64,000 nucleotides of DNA from Lytechinus pictus (Eukaryota). A program made the position numbers and the translations under genes. The DNA lies in the NCBI RefSeq assembly GCF_037042905.1, contig NC_087245.1, positions 40,178,001-40,242,000 on the forward strand. The letters run 5' to 3'. The notes beneath the pieces were generated by a model. It did no database searches, was not told where the DNA came from, and worked only from the letters and a program-made list of their open reading frames with translations. Shown in pieces: positions 1 to 13,444 of the stretch (position 1 is the stretch's first letter; every line of letters begins with the position of its first letter).

Positions 1-623
1 TTTCATGAAAAAAAAATACTGATTTCTAAAGTTTCAGTTTTATGTGTTACCCATTGGTACTTCTTTGAAAAAAAGTGATTTCCCAACCGAAATACTGATT
101 TTCAACTGTTAAACTACTGAAATGTTTTAACTCATGTTGGCAGCTCTGTGCATACCTATGCTGGTCATATATCTTGTTCTACTCTGGGCGATTTATATCC
201 CAATGATAAGGTTCATAAGGTAGTATTTATTGTCCAAATAAAGAAATGGAAATTTGCATTTTCACATGGTATCGAACCTATATAACATAGCATGGAAAAT
301 TAACATATTTACAGAAAATCAAACGATCACATATAGACAATTATGATATACCAATATACACGTGCATAGCATTTGTTATTGACATTGAAATTGGGATTGA
401 AATGAAAATTGGAACTGAAAGCAAGATATTGGATATTGAAATGAAATTGAAATTCGAATTAAAATTAAAATGAGTACTATAAATCTTCATAGCATTGTCC
501 AATTGTAATTGTTATCAGTATTTACATATTACTATTTCTATTGTCAATATTGTTGTTGTTTTAAAAATAAGAAGAATGATGTCAAATTCCCTCAATCTGC
601 GAATCATATTTGACCTATTTCAG

Positions 624-800
624 GTAAACAGCACCAACTTGGAGAACGCAGATCATCTGGAAGCGGTAGAAGCACTGAAGGCTGCGGGGAACAGCATCCA
701 CATGGTGGTCACCAGGGAGGTGCTCGTATCCTCTGAAAGCAAAGCTCAGGAAAAACAACCCCCCTCTCTGACAATGGAACCTTCCTTAGATGAACACGGG
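624..800 (+). CDS. scrib: scrib exon: C-terminal half of PDZ1 and linker (VNSTNLENADHLEAVEALKAAGNSIHMVVTRE...DEHG)
   Basis: tttcag acceptor, gtgagt donor, 177 nt, phase 0/0; PDZ alphaB motif H-x-x-A-V-x-A-L. Confidence 0.93.
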
Positions 801-864
801 GTGAGTATGTGCACCGCCTTTCAATCGCAAATGGGAGCAAGTGTGACAGTGAATTCAACTTTAA

Positions 865-1173
865 GGCCCGTATTCTGAAGTCGGGTTTAACTTAAACTTA
901 GGTTTAAAGTTGTGGTTTAAGTATGGATAGCCAATTGATACATAAATCACTAGCAGTAGAGATAACATATTTCAGCTCATTTGGCTCTCAAATCATTCAT
1001 AATTGTCTATGAAGTATAAATAGATGATTGTCTTCACCATCGATGAATCAGGAAAGAGCACGGTAAGCATAAGAAACATACAACTTAACAAAAAATTTGA
1101 CACTTGGCTTCCCATAATTTTAGCACAGAGTTAGACCATGGTCTAAGTTAAACCTGACTTCAGAATATGGGCC
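865..1173. mobile_element. Harbinger/Tourist-like MITE, family A (GGCCCGTATTCTGAA TIR)
   Basis: TIRs and TAA TSD. Confidence 0.88.
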
Positions 1174-2567
1174 TAAGTGATTAATATTCTTCCCATTTCT
1201 ACGACAGTTTGCTTGTATTTTGAGCCACATTTTAGGCATGGCTATATCATGCTAGGAGATATATTAGGCAAGACATCAGACTTTGTAGGCAAGACTTCAG
1301 ACTGTTTGCTCGCTGGTCATGGATTGCGCTATCAATTACCGGTGGTGATCGGTGACATGTACTTCACATGTTATCACCACTTGTGATAGGAACCATATTT
1401 TATGCTCCTCACTGACTGCAGAAGCTAAAGGTTAAATAGGGTCTTTGGATATTGAATCTCTTTCTAAACTTTTTATAAGGTATTTAATCATATTAGAATT
1501 TAGGTACACTTGTTAGATCACCAGGTTTGATTTGGGTACATGTATGTCATAATTAGCTTTATTCATAATTCCACTTTAAAATTCATGTGTAACTTAAACA
1601 AAAAAGATTTATGAAATAGCCTTCTTTGGTGATTACATCAATGTCTGCATAGTTTATGACCTGTAATGTGGGATTTTAGGTGAACAGAAGCAAAAATAGT
1701 TTGACGAGACAATAATTGTAACATGCATTCTGTCAGAAGATGAATGAAGAAAAGGAATGATTTATGAAAGAAATAGTTTGAATGAATATTTAGTCTGCAT
1801 GTGCAACCCAGTTAGTGCTTTGTATGTGGTCAAACTCATGAAAAGTCCTCGGATTGGTTTTGCATGATGAATGATCAGTTTGTGCACTTTGGTTTCGAGA
1901 GGTTATAGAGAAAGTGAATATTTCAGGGAGGATGTTTTATACCTATGCTTGATTTAAAGGCAGGGTTTGAAATAATAAATACAACCTGTTCTAAAATATC
2001 AGAAGAGGTGGAAATACGAGTATCAAAATCACAACAGAGTGTGAAATGAATGGGGGTAGAACAACAAGAATGAGACAAACAAATTCTGTAAAAAAATGGG
2101 GAGCAAGCCTGGGTTATTCTATCCTATTTCTTTACACCTGTACATTTAGAACAAGAATTTGTTTATTGTTCTCAGCCTAAAATGCATGGTTTGGTGTTGT
2201 ACACAGTGCAATGCGCATGGACTTTAGGGCATGATGTGTTATCACTTCTAGATGCTTGGCTCACACCTTTGAGATAGATGTCTGTGAAATACATGTAGCT
2301 CGCAAATCCAACAAAAACCATGTGGAAATGATCTTCTGTCAGAGAGAAACGCTGATAATAGTTGTCTTTTTTTATTGGTCCTTTATTACAGAAACATATA
2401 TCGCAAATCAATGGGGGTTGGCTGTGAGAGAAAATAACAAAGAGAAGGCTCACTTATTTATTTTCATTTATTTATCTTTCTCCAAAATATCATGCAAAAC
2501 CAAATAGAATCTTTAAGAAAATAGGGAAAAATTATGAAATATTACCTTCTATTAAAAAAAAAATCAG

Positions 2568-2828
2568 GGCCCTGTCTTACAAAGAGTTATGATTGATCTG
2601 ATCATCTTAAACTATATGGAAATCCATCAATGTCATATTTTTTTCCTTCAGGATATTGTCCTTTGTAAACAAAGAGAAGCACACTGAAATTTTAAAGAAA
2701 ATGAATGTATGATTATACACCACATGCAGAATGTATTTTGAACAAACATGCAGTTTAGATGTTGATGTTGCTGGTTTTCCATAGTTGCGGTTGATCGGAT
2801 CAATCGTAACTCTTTTTAAGACAGGGCC
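2568..2828. mobile_element. Harbinger-like MITE, family B (GGCCCTGTCTTACAAAGAGTT TIR)
   Basis: TIRs, CAG/CTG flanks; second copy at 57188-57457. Confidence 0.85.
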
Positions 2829-3110
2829 CTGTACATTTGATGGGGTTTAAAAAATATGAAATAAAATGAATTATTTTTTATGTAAGTGGGGATAGCCTGT
2901 TTGTAAAAAAATTCTTACACAACAAACAATATTAATTGTTCATATTTATGTTGCATTGGACAAAATGAAAACCACAGCTTTCAGAGTGCTTGTTTTTCAT
3001 TGGATTGTGTGAGATTTATGTTGGTGTCGTAATTGTTGTGGCGTATTTCCCTTGTTTGCGTGATGTGTCAGTTATTCCTCTATTCAATTTCTAATTTTTC
3101 TGCACACTTT

Positions 3111-3983
3111 GGCCTGTATTCTTAAGACTGAGATAATGGTCTAACTCTGTGACAAAATTATTGGAAGCTGAAAATGTGCAAACATGGGCCCGTATTCTGA
3201 AGTCAGGTTTAACTTAGACCATGGTCTAACTCTGTGCTAAAATTATGGAAAGCCAAAATTGTTAAAAGTTTCTTTACAATGTATGTTTCTTATGTCTACT
3301 GTGCTCTTTCCTGACTCATGAATGGTGAAAAAAGCTTTTTTATTTATCCTTCCAAAACAATTTAAATTATACTTTTAGAGATTTATGCGGCTATTGGCTA
3401 TCCATAGTTAAACCACAACTTTAAACCAGAGTTTAAATTAAACCTGACTTCAGAATACGAGCCATTGTATCTAATGTTCTCTGTCCGCATGCTGTCATGG
3501 CGAAGAAAATTAATTTAGTTATTATTCCCAGGCAGTTATGAATGATCTGGGTGACAGATGAGCTGATAAATCATACCTGCACTCTTAGGCCCGTATTCTG
3601 AACCCGGGTTTAAATTAAACCCTGGTTTAAAGTTGTGGTTCAACTATGGAGAGCCAATTGGGGCACAAATCCCTAACAATACGCATCCAATTTATTAACT
3701 TATATGACACCCAAATTGTCTTGGAATGATAACTGAGGTAGTTTGAAGTATTTTTTCTTCATTACGAGAGCAAAATGAAACAAACTAGTAAACATATGAA
3801 ATATACAATATAAACAGAATGTAAGAATTTTTGGGTTGCCCATAATTTAAGCACAGACTTAGACCATGGTCTAAGTTAAACCTTCAGAATACGGGCCTTA
3901 GAGATTTAACCACAATTGGCCATCCATAGTTAAACCACAATTAGACCAGAGTTTTAATTAAACCTGAGTTCAGAATATGGGCC
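3111..3983. mobile_element. old family-A MITE carrying two nested family-A copies (3187-3463 and 3588-3897)
   Basis: Three TIR pairs; TTA TSD on 3588-3897; the residual segments join into one degraded copy. Confidence 0.8.
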
Positions 3984-5099
3984 TATATGCTTGCTCAATT
4001 ATACAAAGTTATCAGTGAAATTATCTCATGAATATCATAGGTTTAAATGTAGGGATATGTAATACAAATCTTAACGATTGATCAGATAATTGTGTGTAAG
4101 TAGCTAGGTAGTAGAATATTCAGGTACACTACATTGTGTATATATATATATATTTGTGAAATAAATACATATATACCAACTATACAAGATAGGGTTGTTA
4201 TAAGGCATGATCCTTTCACTATCCTCTACTTGATAAACAAAGGATGTCAAGGGTACATGAAGGTCAATTATTGTTTGATCTTGTTTTTATTGTACAGTTA
4301 TTGCTTTTATCTAGATTCTGATAAGTCAGGGATTACTGTGATAATATAATGCCCATTTGAATATCAATAAAGAATTATTTGTAGACTTATTTTGTGGACT
4401 CACAGAGTTTTCATATACATATTTTCTCTTTTGGCACCTGTATCTATACACATCTAATCATTCACTCTTTACACATTTGGTCTTCATGCATTGGTAAACT
4501 GTATATCCTTTAACCTGTATATAATTCATTCATGTACTAGTATGCTTGCTTCTGTGTATATTATATTCTCCCGTCTGGTATATCATAGCATGAAATAGCC
4601 TTTTAACAAGTTTTCCTCATTACCTAATGACAAAAATTAGGGAGTGTATTGTCAGGGTTCCTTTTTTTGCTACATGTACAAGTATGCAGATAGACTGGAT
4701 ATACTTTTCAAATGTGTAGGAGGCTATTGCTCAGCAATTACACATTTTCTCCCCGAATCCTTTGGCACATATTGCTAATTTTCTATTTATTTATAGTTAC
4801 ACATGTATGCGAACGGTTTCCTTGTTATTTTATTGGGTTCCATTCACTCTTATTGGGGGATTTCTATGGAACGCGGAAAGGCTAAAATTTGATCACTGTC
4901 ACTTTTGATTTGATGGACCTCCGTACCAGCCATCATCAAATCAAGTGCAGCCATCAGTAAATCAAAAGTGGCCATCATCATATCAATTTTCAGCATCATA
5001 TCCCTCTGTACCAGCCATCATCAAATCAGTTTCTAACATCAAATCAATGTTGTCCTTTCGGCGTTCCTGATGTGCGCGCCAAAAGGACACCTGTAAGTT

Positions 5100-6300
5100 G
5101 ATGGCAGCCACTTTTTATTTGATGACGGTTACTTTTGACTTGATGACGGCCACTTTTTACTTGCTCTTTATTTGATGACGGTTACTTTTGACTTCATGAC
5201 GGCCACTTTTGACTTGATGGCGGCTGCTTTTGATTCGATGATGGCTGCTTTTGATTTGATGATGGCTGCTTCTGATTTGATGATGGTTGCTTTTGATTCG
5301 ATAGTGGCCACTTTTGAACTGATGATGGCCACTTTAGATTTGATGATGGTCACTTTCAATTTATTTATCGCTTTTCATTTGATGGTCACTTTTTGTTTGA
5401 TGGTCACTTTTTATTTGATCACTTAATTTGATGGTCACTTTTTATTTGATGGTCACTTTTTATTTGATGGTCACTTTTCATTTGATGGTCACTTTTCATT
5501 TGATGGTCGCTTTTAATTTGATGGGCACCTTTTATTTGATGATCACTTATTTGATGGTCACTTTTAATTTGATGGTCACTTTTAATTTGATGGTCACTTT
5601 TAATTTGATCATCAATTCTTATTTGATGGTCACTTTTAATTTGATGGTCGCTTTTTATTTAATGGTCACTTTTTATTTGATGGTCACTTTAAATTTGATT
5701 GTCACTTTTTATTTGATGGTCATTTTTAATTTGATGCTCAGTTTTTATTTGATGGTCACTTTTAATTTGATGGTCGCTTTTTTGTTGCTCACTTTTTATT
5801 TGATGGTCACTTTTAATTTGATGGTCACTTTTTATTTGATCATCACTTTTTATCTGATCATCACTTCTTTGACGGTCACTTTTTATTTGATGGTCACTTT
5901 TTATTTGATGCTCACTTTTCATTTTATGCTCATTTTTCATTTGATGCTCACTTTTAATTTGATGATCGATTTTTATTTGATGGTCACTTTTTATTTGATG
6001 GTCAATTTTTACTTGATGGTCGCTTTTTATTTGATGGTCACTTTTTATTTGATGCTCATTTTTTATTTGATGGTTACTTTTTATTTGATGCTCACTTTTT
6101 ATTTGATGGACACTTTTTATTTGATCGTCACTTCTTCTTTGATGGTCACTGTACATTTGATCATCGCTTTTCATTTGATCATCACAATTTCAGTTGATGG
6201 TTTCGGCATTCCATACATGGTCGATTTATATTTGATGGTCACTTTTCATTTGATCGTCGCTTTTTATTTGATCGTCACTTTTCATTTGGTCGTCGCTTTT
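5100..6300 (+). repeat. left-arm tandem arrays: 21-bp units (about 5100-5360), then 18-bp units TTTGATGGTCACTTTTTA
   Basis: Directly visible; source of the spurious LMVTFY and QIKSDH ORFs. Confidence 0.95.
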
Positions 6301-9300
6301 CAGAGTACGTGCGCATAAACGTGTCGCAGCATAGACAAATAAATACGTATAGACTGAAAGGTAGCACCCGCGGAAAAGCCTCATTTAAATAACATTTGCA
6401 TATAACGTACAGATACTCCATAGAAGCTCCATGGTGATAAGCGTATTTTTTACCACTTTCGGCCACACCCCCTGGGAGACATTTGAACCGAATCCTAAGC
6501 CTCCATTTGCATATTGCTAATGAATCATTTATTTTTTCTTTGCGTACTCGCAAGATACTGTGATTTGATTGGACCTTACCTTATGAATAATGTATTTTTC
6601 TATTGAAATTCGTACGTCATAATTTGACCCCATCGTCACTTCCGCTTAATTAAAGGCTGAAAGATGACGTCACCCGCACAGAAGAAGATTATATCCTTGA
6701 AAGATTTTCGGTGAGTACTGTCAGATTAACGCTGAATTTTAATTCATTTACAAAAATAAATCAAAAGATCTAATGTTATATGGATCTTGAGAAGTCTGGG
6801 TACAACATGAATTAATTTGTGTTTATAAAAAGTGAATAATTAGGAAGCAAACGACTTGCGAAAACTCAAAACTATTTCCATCGTCGTGAGCTAAAAATGT
6901 AGGCTAGATTACATGTAAATCTCCATCTGCTACCATTTGAGACCTCGTATTAATTATCACGCCAGACTTTTGGGCGAGAGTTAATTTCTCTGAAATTTCG
7001 ACGCCTACCGAGATCTCGGCAGGCATAAGCGCATGGAAAGAACTAACCCACGGGGCTCCGGCCCGCGGGCCGAACAACAACAACAACCCCTGGGTTAGGA
7101 AAGAACTAGATATAGTCCCTTTAACGTTTAGGCTAGACGTTGTCTGGGATCTATCGCGCATCCATATTGACTCTATAGAAAGACATTCACTCCATTAACC
7201 CGTTCCCTTCTTTGAATTCACATATCAATAGGACCGGAGCCTAGTCCTGGCTTGATTTTTTAATTTTATAAAGATGTTTCATTTCCCAAAGGCAAAGTCC
7301 AAACTTATTTATAGTTCTTTTCATGTTTTTTTTTAATTTTTCTAAACTTGAAAGTTAATAATAGGCCTACAGTAGTAGGGCCTACAGGTCTTGGCTAAAG
7401 CTAAAAGAAAACTTTTCTACCTCTTATCCTATCTATTCTCTAGCTTAGGTTTATAGACCTAGACTAAACTTACTTAGGCCTACAAGGCTACAACAAAGCG
7501 ACCTCCTGTATAATCTATATAGGCCTAGCCCTAGGGCTAGGCCTAGTATTATTTCAGTCACTAAGTCAGGGTCTAAGTTAAGGATTTATTTATTGGAGGT
7601 TAGCTTTTGTTTGGCCTAACGTGTAGATTTTTCATCGGGGCATTTGTCGTCAGAGCAAATGTCATGAAACCATTAAAAAAACCCTGGGTCAAGACAGCTT
7701 TAGCCTTTAGTTTAGATCTAACACTTGTATGATTCAATAACATTGAAATTTCGCAGAATGGTAGGTTTAACAAAAATGAAATTTAAATCTACTTTTGATG
7801 TAGATCTAGATCTACTTACATTTAGTTCCAGATCTATGTACGCCAGAGTCTGTGATTAGATCTAGATATATACGCTATAGTCCAAGTGTTATGTGTTTTA
7901 ATTTTTTTTTACAATAGCTTGTATTGCTGACATTTCTGTCTGCGTGTATTGTTCTATTCAACAGACATAGAACATGATGCTGCTTCACATCCTCTTTTAG
8001 AGACTCGAGGATTACAAGACCGAATTAAGCTGCAGGACCCTCCTGATTCATAAAGGTAAAAAAAAAAACAATAATCATCCTATCTATCAAACTGAATGAC
8101 TTCATGTATTTACAGACCAAATGACTTTATCCAAAAATGAGTCCAGATGTCAATGATTTCATTGTCCTAAAAGCGTTATATTAAAATCCATTTCAAATTT
8201 CAATACCCATGTTCAATAATTTACAAGATAATAACTCTTTTTAGTGTCAATACACAAATCAATTTCTTTGAAAATTTGCTAACTCATAGATTTTGGCATC
8301 ATTGGCATCTGGAGTCATTAATTTTAGCCATGCCTTATTTCGGTGCAAATCAAAATCTACATCTCTGCAAAAAATACATACTGACTAAATATCTAAATAT
8401 GAATATGGTATCAAATTATTTGGGAGAATATACTGATTCTAGTGTTATATAATTATTATGTGTTCATGACATATTTTTACATTAAATTGGGGTTTTGTGA
8501 GGTGTCCTTTTTTTTTGGGGGGGGGGGGCTCACATGGTAGACCAAGATATAAGTTGTATTGACTAAATGAAAATAAAATCAGCTCAGAGACTAGGCTGGA
8601 GTCGTATTGACAGGCTCCATTTTAATTTTCACCTGTCATGTTTTCAGGGGACAATTAATATCACCTACCGGTAGATCTAGCTTGTCAAAATTAAATAAGA
8701 AAATCAGAATATACTAGGCTAAGCAAGTGGAAAATCATATGTAATCAACTTATTTGCTTCCTACCCACTCATGAATTCTTCAATCCACACCAGATTTTGT
8801 AAAGGTGACTCATTCGGCTTGTGGTTTCATTAAACTTTTATACATATTTTTTAATTTTTTTAATTTTTTTATGATGGCTTGATTGAATTGCTAACATTTC
8901 TGTCGTTTTTTTTTTTTTCAACAGATATGGAACATGACTCTGCTTCACATCCTCTGTTTTAGAGACTCAAGAAATACAAGACCAAATTAAGGGTTTGCTT
9001 TTTAATTCCAATAATAATTTTCTGGAGGAAGAATTAGGGAATAATGCATTGACAATATGCCAAACATCCTATATCAAACTGAATTACTGCATGTATTTAC
9101 AATAGAGTGTTGTAACCGCCCCCCCCACACTACTGACCAAACAAAACCCATAAACAATTTAAGAGGGATACGGTTATTTTAGGGGTAATTATACTTGCTG
9201 ATTGTAGCAGTAGTTTTTACAATTATGGATGTAGATAATGATAATGTTTATAATAATAATACTTAGAATAATAAATTTATTACAATGACATAACAGGAAT

Positions 9301-11734
9301 GATAAATAAAAATTCAGCAATACAATATGTACATGAAATTGTGTAACAATTTTGGCAATGAAGAATGTTTAACAAAAATAATGATCAATGAATTCGGGGG
9401 GGGGGGGCATGTGACATTGCATCTGTGTTTGTGAGGACAGTAGTCTCTTTCACACCATTTCATCTTAAGCAGATGGGAACGAGCTCTGATCAAAATTTGA
9501 TCTTTAAACTCAAGAGGAAAATAATTGTTACCTGATTTATGTATTTGGAATAAAATGAATTGAAATAATAATTTTGTCATTGTCACTGAATTAACAAGTC
9601 TTCTATAATTCTTTTTAGCTGAGAGTTTAGGTGAATCAAGTTATTTCAGGAGACACTGGAAGTACTAGTAGAATTAATGGACGAGCAATAGTGAACAAGC
9701 AGCATAAATTTAAGAGTAATGAGACCTACATTTTGCAGCCATGGATCAAGGTTGGAGGGGTGGTAGTTGCAGGTTTTCTCTGTAAAAATCACCCCCATTA
9801 AAAAACATAACAAATAATATATAAAGATATTTTTAAAAAATGAATAAATTTGAAAATAAAATAGAAAACAATCCTTTTGAGAACCAGGACCTTTAAGGTG
9901 GAGGGCAAAAGACCCCCCCCCCCCCTTAAAGAATGTTTGATCCATGGCTGTTATGTAGATGTGATAGAGAATTTCTAAATATATATATTTTTTTTAATGA
10001 GAAAGATACATGGGTGATTTCATGTTTGCTGTTGAACTTTTGGTGTGGCGTCTTACAAGTTTTACATCATCATTACAGCACCAAAATTACAATCAAATTG
10101 ATTCATAGATTCATCTCACTTGATGTTGAGCTATTAATGTGATTTGGATTATTTTTGTAAACTCACATTAGGTTTTGGAGGAAGGAAGAACTAAATTGTG
10201 CTACGAACACCAACGCCAAAGTTGGAATCACCCAGTGTATTTTCTTTTTTTAATGAATTGCGAGAAGAGCTGAGAGGTGGAAAATATAAGAGAAAGAGTT
10301 GTGTGTGTGGTTTAATAATGAGAGTGCGATATGGCAAAGAGAGAGCTGAAGAGAGATTAAAAGAATAGATAATATATTATAATAATAATGTGAAGGGGCA
10401 TAGGGTGCACAAGAGAGTGGACAGAGCCAATTGACAATTTACCCACAAGGAGAAACAATAAAGGGCCATTTTATTCTTTATTTATTTTGAGAGGAGGCGG
10501 GGATAAATGAGGGAGAAACAATTTATAAAGAGTGGGGAAGAGGAATAAGATGAATAGAGATGACTTAAAGACAAAAATTAGGCCAATCAGAGTGTGTGTG
10601 GGGGGGGGGGGGGCAAAGCCGATCAGTGCGCCCCCCCCCCCCCCCAATTTGACAGGCTCAATTAAAAATTGTAATGTAAAGTGTGTCCCCCTTCTGAAAG
10701 TGAAGACCCCCCTTTTTTTTGCTTTTCAAATTTTTCCTTGAGAAAATGTGCCCCCCTTTGGAAAAATACTAGATCCGCCCTGCCTGAAACTGATGAAGTT
10801 TGGTAATGACATGTCACTTATCTGTGCTGTTAAAAAGAGTGAACACAAAGAAATTAGATTACCCCCCCCCCCTGCAAAAAAAAAATTAAATGATCATTAT
10901 CAATAATTGGAAAAGCTTAGCGTAAAAAACACACTATTAATTAATTACAGAAAATAAATAGGTTCTAATTAAATCCAATCCTATTTTCTAAAGAAATTTT
11001 GGATTCAGAATTTGTTTTTACTATATCATTACTAACGATTACACTGCGATGTGAAACATGCCTCTAGTGATTCTGATCTGGAGAACAGCAGAGAAAGGTC
11101 GTATTTTTTTTTAGATGAAAGAACCAAATTACAAAACCAGTAAGTGAAACGTTCAAACTGAAATACATTGTTATTATTTATATTGGCGTATTGTTATTGT
11201 GATATAAACTAGTTCGTAAATATCTTCCCCTTTCATTTACACCGATGTTAAAAAGAAGATAAAAACAGGCTGATTCACCCCCCCCCCCCCTCCCCCATCT
11301 CCAGGTTAAACAAGATTAAGAAAAGTGTCAGGCTGCGGTGCTAGTGTACGTTGCATGTAAACTGCATTCTATGCACGGATTGAAAAACGATGCATGCATG
11401 ATGACTCATTGTAGTGAAGAACGCTGATTGGTCAATAGTAGTAAGAAGTAGATTAATCACGTGATGAATATATTAAATTTCATGAATAATTAACGCAAAG
11501 TTGACCTCGCTCAATGCGCATGCGTGACGCTGATCTCCACTTTCTGCTTTGTCATATAAAGAGTCTATTGGGATGTGTGGAGCAGCGAACTGATGAATTA
11601 TTCATGTATATGCAAATGGGGGCTTAGGATTTGCCCAAATGTCTCCGACAAAATGGCGGAGCTTCGGGGGCCTGGTACATGAGGATTTGCTCAGTGCATG
11701 CTCACTGCGACACGTTTATGCGCACGTACTGTAA

Positions 11735-13205
11735 AAAGTGATGATCAAATGAAAAGCGACGACCAAATGAAAAGTGCCGATCAAATAAAAGCGACGATCA
11801 AATGAAAAGCGACCATCAAATATAAAGCGACCATGTATGGAATGCCGAAACCATCAACTTAAATTGTGATGATCAAATGAAAAGCGACGATCAAATGAAA
11901 AATGAGCATAAAATGAAAAGTGAGCATCAAATAAAAAGTAACCATCAAATAAAAAGTGATCATCAAATTTAAAGTAGCCATCAAATAAAAAATAACCATC
12001 AAATAAAAAGCGACCATCAAATTAAAAGTGAGCATCAAATAAAAAGTTAGCATCAAATAAAAAGTGACCATCAAATAAAAAGTGACCGTCAAAGAAGTGA
12101 TGATCAAATAAAAAGTGATCATCTAATAAAAAGTGATCATCAAATAAAAAATGAGCATCAAATATAAAGTAACCATCAAATAAAAAGTGACCATCAAATA
12201 AAAAGTGACCAACAAATAAAAAGTGACCATCAAATAAAAAGTGACCAACAAAAAAGTGACCATCAAATTAAAAGTGACCATCAAATAAAAAGTGACCATC
12301 AAATAAAAAGCGACCATCAAATAAAATGTGAGCATCAAATGAAAAGTGAGCATCAAATAAAAAGTGACCATCAAATAAAAAGTGACCGTCAAAGAAGTGA
12401 TGATCAGATAAAAAGTGATGATCAAATAAAAAGTGACCATCAAATTAAAAGTGACCATCAAATAAAAAGTGAGCAACAAAAAAGCGACCATCAAATTAAA
12501 AGTGACCATCAAATAAAAACTGAGCATCAAATTAAAAATGACCATCAAATAAAAAGTGACCATCAAATTTAAAGTGACCATCAAATAAAAAGTGACCATT
12601 AAATAAAAAGCGACCATCAAATTAAAAGTGACCATCAAATAAGAATTGATGATCAAATTAAAAGTGACCATCAAATTAAAAGTGACCATCAAATTAAAAG
12701 TGACCATCAAATAAGTGATCATCAAATAAAAGGTGCCCATCAAATTAAAAGCGACCATCAAATGAAAAGTGACCATCAAATGAAAAGTGACCATCAAATA
12801 AAAAGTGACCATCAAATAAAAAGTGACCATCAAATTAAGTGATCAAATAAAAAGTGACCATCAAACAAAAAGTGACCATCAAATGAAAAGCGATAAATAA
12901 ATTGAAAGTGACCATCATCAAATCTAAAGTGGCCATCATCAGTTCAAAAGTGGCCACTATCGAATCAAAAGCAACCATCATCAAATCAGAAGCAGCCATC
13001 ATCAAATCAAAAGTGGCCACTATCGAATCAAAAGCAGCCATCATCAAATCAAAAGCAGCCATCATCGAATCAAAAGCAGCCGCCATCAAGTCAAAAGTGG
13101 CCGTCATGAAGTCAAAAGTAACCGTCATCAAATAAAGAGCAAGTAAAAAGTGGCCGTCATCAAGTCAAAAGTAACCGTCATCAAATAAAAAGTGGCTGCC
13201 ATCAA
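11735..13205 (-). repeat. right-arm tandem arrays (reverse complement of the left arm, with more units)
   Basis: TAAAAAGTGACCATCAAA units; the order of unit variants mirrors the left arm. Confidence 0.95.
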
Positions 13206-13444
13206 CTTACAGGTGTCCTTTTGGCGCGCACATCAGGAACGCCGAAAGGACAACATTGATTTGATGTTAGAAACTGATTTGATGATGGCTGGTACAGAGG
13301 GATATGATGCTGAAAATTGATATGATGATGGCCACTTTTGATTTACTGATGGCTGCACTTGATTTGATGATGGCTGGTACGGAGGTCCATCAAATCAAAA
13401 GTGACAGTGATCAAATTTTAGCCTTTCCGCGTTCCATAGATTTC

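Larger units (their letters stand above)
4865..13438. mobile_element. 8.6-kb non-autonomous foldback-type DNA transposon, IS3EU-like (TATGG...CCATA termini, 6-bp TSD GATTTC)
   Basis: Inverted arms 4865-6329 and 11705-13438; GATTTC at 4859-4864 and 13439-13444; no transposase ORF seen. Family assigned from termini and TSD only. Confidence 0.85.

Noticed and set aside
5380..6300. CRISPR-like appearance of the regular short repeats
   Set aside because: Units are head-to-tail with no unique spacers, there are no cas genes, and the context is a eukaryotic intron
5168..6318. ORFs of 63-296 aa (LMVTFY and QIKSDH repeats), mirrored at 11859-13135
   Set aside because: They are translations of 18- and 21-bp TIR arrays, open only because the unit length is a multiple of 3 and lacks stops; there is no domain content
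7970..8050. Possible C/D-box snoRNA (ATGATG..CTGA)
   Set aside because: Box C is imperfect, there is no terminal stem, and the motif is not kept in the duplicate copy
4865..13438. Polinton/Maverick assignment (6-bp TSD, long TIRs)
   Set aside because: Termini are TATGG rather than the AG-starting simple-repeat ends of Polintons, and no polymerase, integrase or capsid remnants are visible
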